A stretch of 64,000 nt of DNA from Mobula hypostoma (Eukaryota). The notes under the pieces were generated by a model. That model searched no databases, was not told where the DNA came from, and worked only from the letters and a program-made list of their open reading frames with translations. The stretch is from assembly GCF_963921235.1 (NCBI RefSeq), contig NC_086097.1, positions 66,590,001 to 66,654,000 of the forward strand, written 5' to 3'. The position numbers and the translations under genes were made by a program. Numbering within the stretch: position 1 is the stretch's first letter; every line of letters begins with the position of its first letter. Shown here one piece after another: positions 62,347 through 64,000 of the stretch.

Positions 62347-64000
62347 CAGCCTTTCTCAATCTTTTTGACCCTTGAAATAATTTTCAGGCCTCAGGGAATC
62401 TCTGTATAAAAATTATGATACTTACAGCTCACAGTACATTGTAGCGTACTCAGTAAGTTGTAAATATAATAATCCAAAAATAATTTTCAATGCTCTTTTG
62501 AGTAGAGAATCAATTTTTAGCCAAACTTTCTTGAAAAACGAACAGGTAGTTAAGCTTAGCTTATCTTTCTTGAAATTAATCTCTTTCTTTTCCTTTCGTA
62601 AATTTTATAAACTCATAAGGCAAATAACTGGCTTAAACCAAAATAGGATTTAATTTTTATAAAGATAGACTTTATAGATTTAATTTAAAGAAAGGTTGCA
62701 AATTGATTTTAATTCTTGCTGTTTACAACGTGAATATTTATTGACAATGTTGAATAGTAATGTTACTAAAAACCATAAGCCAAAGCAATATGAATAAAAG
62801 TATAGCCTATGACAATTTTATACAAGACTTTTTAAAAACATTTTCTTACTACATGACATGATCAGGCTTTAATACAGGCCTAGCATGTGAAACCTGTGCT
62901 TGTTTTTTTTTTCGCTGCAATTCTGGGTCGAACTTGAGATAAGCACACATGGATTTCACCTTTAACTGAAATGAGATGATTTCTATCCTTGTTCTTGATG
63001 CTTGTTAAACAAGAGAAAGCTTGCTCATACATGGAAGAAGTTGACAACTAGCTAAATGTTCCTTGCTTTCCTATAAATGGCAGGATACTCTTCTTTCACA
63101 GAAATCCAGAACTTGTCCAGGGGCAAATCAGTAAATCTCATCTCAAGTCAGTAAATCCTCCCGGGAGAGGGGAGAAGATGGCGACGCGACGGCAGCGCGT
63201 GCAGCCACTTCGGTAATGAATATCTGTTATCTGTCAAGTAGGGGACCATGCACAATTCTGATTTGATGGAGACAGATGTGAGAGCACAGCGGAACATCTG
63301 GAAAACTTCTGAAATGCCCACTTCGCTGCCACTGCTACTGTGTGGTAACCGGAATCTCTGGAGCTGAAGGGCCTGAAATCCTCGGCTTTGTGTGTTTCAG
63401 TGGCCGGGGAGAGATCGAAGGCGCTCAGCAGAAGATGGTGCTCAGGAGGCTGTATCGGAGAGGCTGGTCGGAAGCTTGAAGTTTTCGGATGGATGGACTG
63501 AGTGTCAGCTGGGGTCGGCTGCATCCAAGGTATTGGCAAGTTGACGATGCCTGGAGGTTTATGGCAGGGAGTTTCTCCCTTTTGCCGCCTGCTATTGGGG
63601 ACTCGGGAGTCGATCGACTCGGGACTTTGAGACTTTTTTTTACTGTGCCCATGTTCTTTATCAAATTATGGTATTGGTTTGCACTGCTGTAATTATATGT
63701 TATATTTACGTCATTCTGTTAGTGTTAGTCTTTGGTCTGTCCTGTTTTCTGTGATATTACTCCGGAGAAACATTGTATCATTTCTTAATGCATGTATGCA
63801 TTTCTAAATGACAATAAAAGAGGACTGAGTGTTCTCATAATCTAATCTAATCTAATCTAAAGTGTACTTTCGGACTGCAGCTCACAAAATTCTTCCTCTT
63901 TTCTCAAAGTCAAATTCTTAGGCTGAGCAGGAGATTCAGAGAAAGGGTCCTCACATAGTCATACACGTGTTGAAAGGGAGGAAAAATACTGTATCAATTT
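62347..64000 (-). mobile_element. hAT (Charlie/Buster-like) transposon 3' part, runs off the window
   Basis: End cagcctttctcaatcttttt. Minus-strand peptides FTDLPLDKFWISVKEEYPAI, YEQAFSCLTSIKNKDRNHL..VCLSQVRPRI..KQAQVSH (hAT dimerisation domain) and NLTLRKEEEFCELQS beyond 63860. Confidence 0.8.
63163..63860 (+). mobile_element. Non-autonomous non-coding retroposon, copy 2 (YY1-like head, (AATCT)n tail)
   Basis: gggagaggggagaAGATGGCGacgcgac..; AATAAA, gaggac-tgagt-gttctc hairpin and (aatct)4 tail. Collinear with 8790-9473; splits a hAT transposase. Confidence 0.8.

Noticed and set aside
1..64000. CRISPR arrays, rRNA or bona fide tRNA genes
   Set aside because: None seen; tRNA-like boxes occur only as SINE heads.

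Overview
Vertebrate genomic DNA. The repeat content (abundant CR1 and Rex1 LINEs, V-SINE-like SINEs, Penelope-like elements) suggests a cartilaginous fish such as a ray; this is inference. Only two host genes are recognisable, both with single-exon CDSs and convergent: SSTR1 (+, 52085-53179) and a group-14 C-type lectin, most likely CLEC14A (-, 57829-59154). This is the same neighbourhood and orientation as in mammals. The first ~49 kb has no recognisable exons and is filled with nested transposon relics: CR1, Rex1/Babar, RTE-derived non-autonomous elements, a solo LTR, Tc1, hAT, Harbinger and Tigger-like elements. The most notable non-genic signal is a family of Penelope-derived sequences carrying minimal (short-stem-III) hammerhead ribozyme motifs. 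It includes a near-perfect ~210-bp palindrome with one hammerhead on each strand (35716-35926) and a core-intact hammerhead in a target-site-duplicated insertion at a candidate SSTR1 poly(A) signal. A ~690-bp non-coding retroposon family with a YY1-like head and (AATCT)n tail occurs twice. All family calls come from motif recognition by eye, with no searches run, and boundaries of degenerate elements are approximate.
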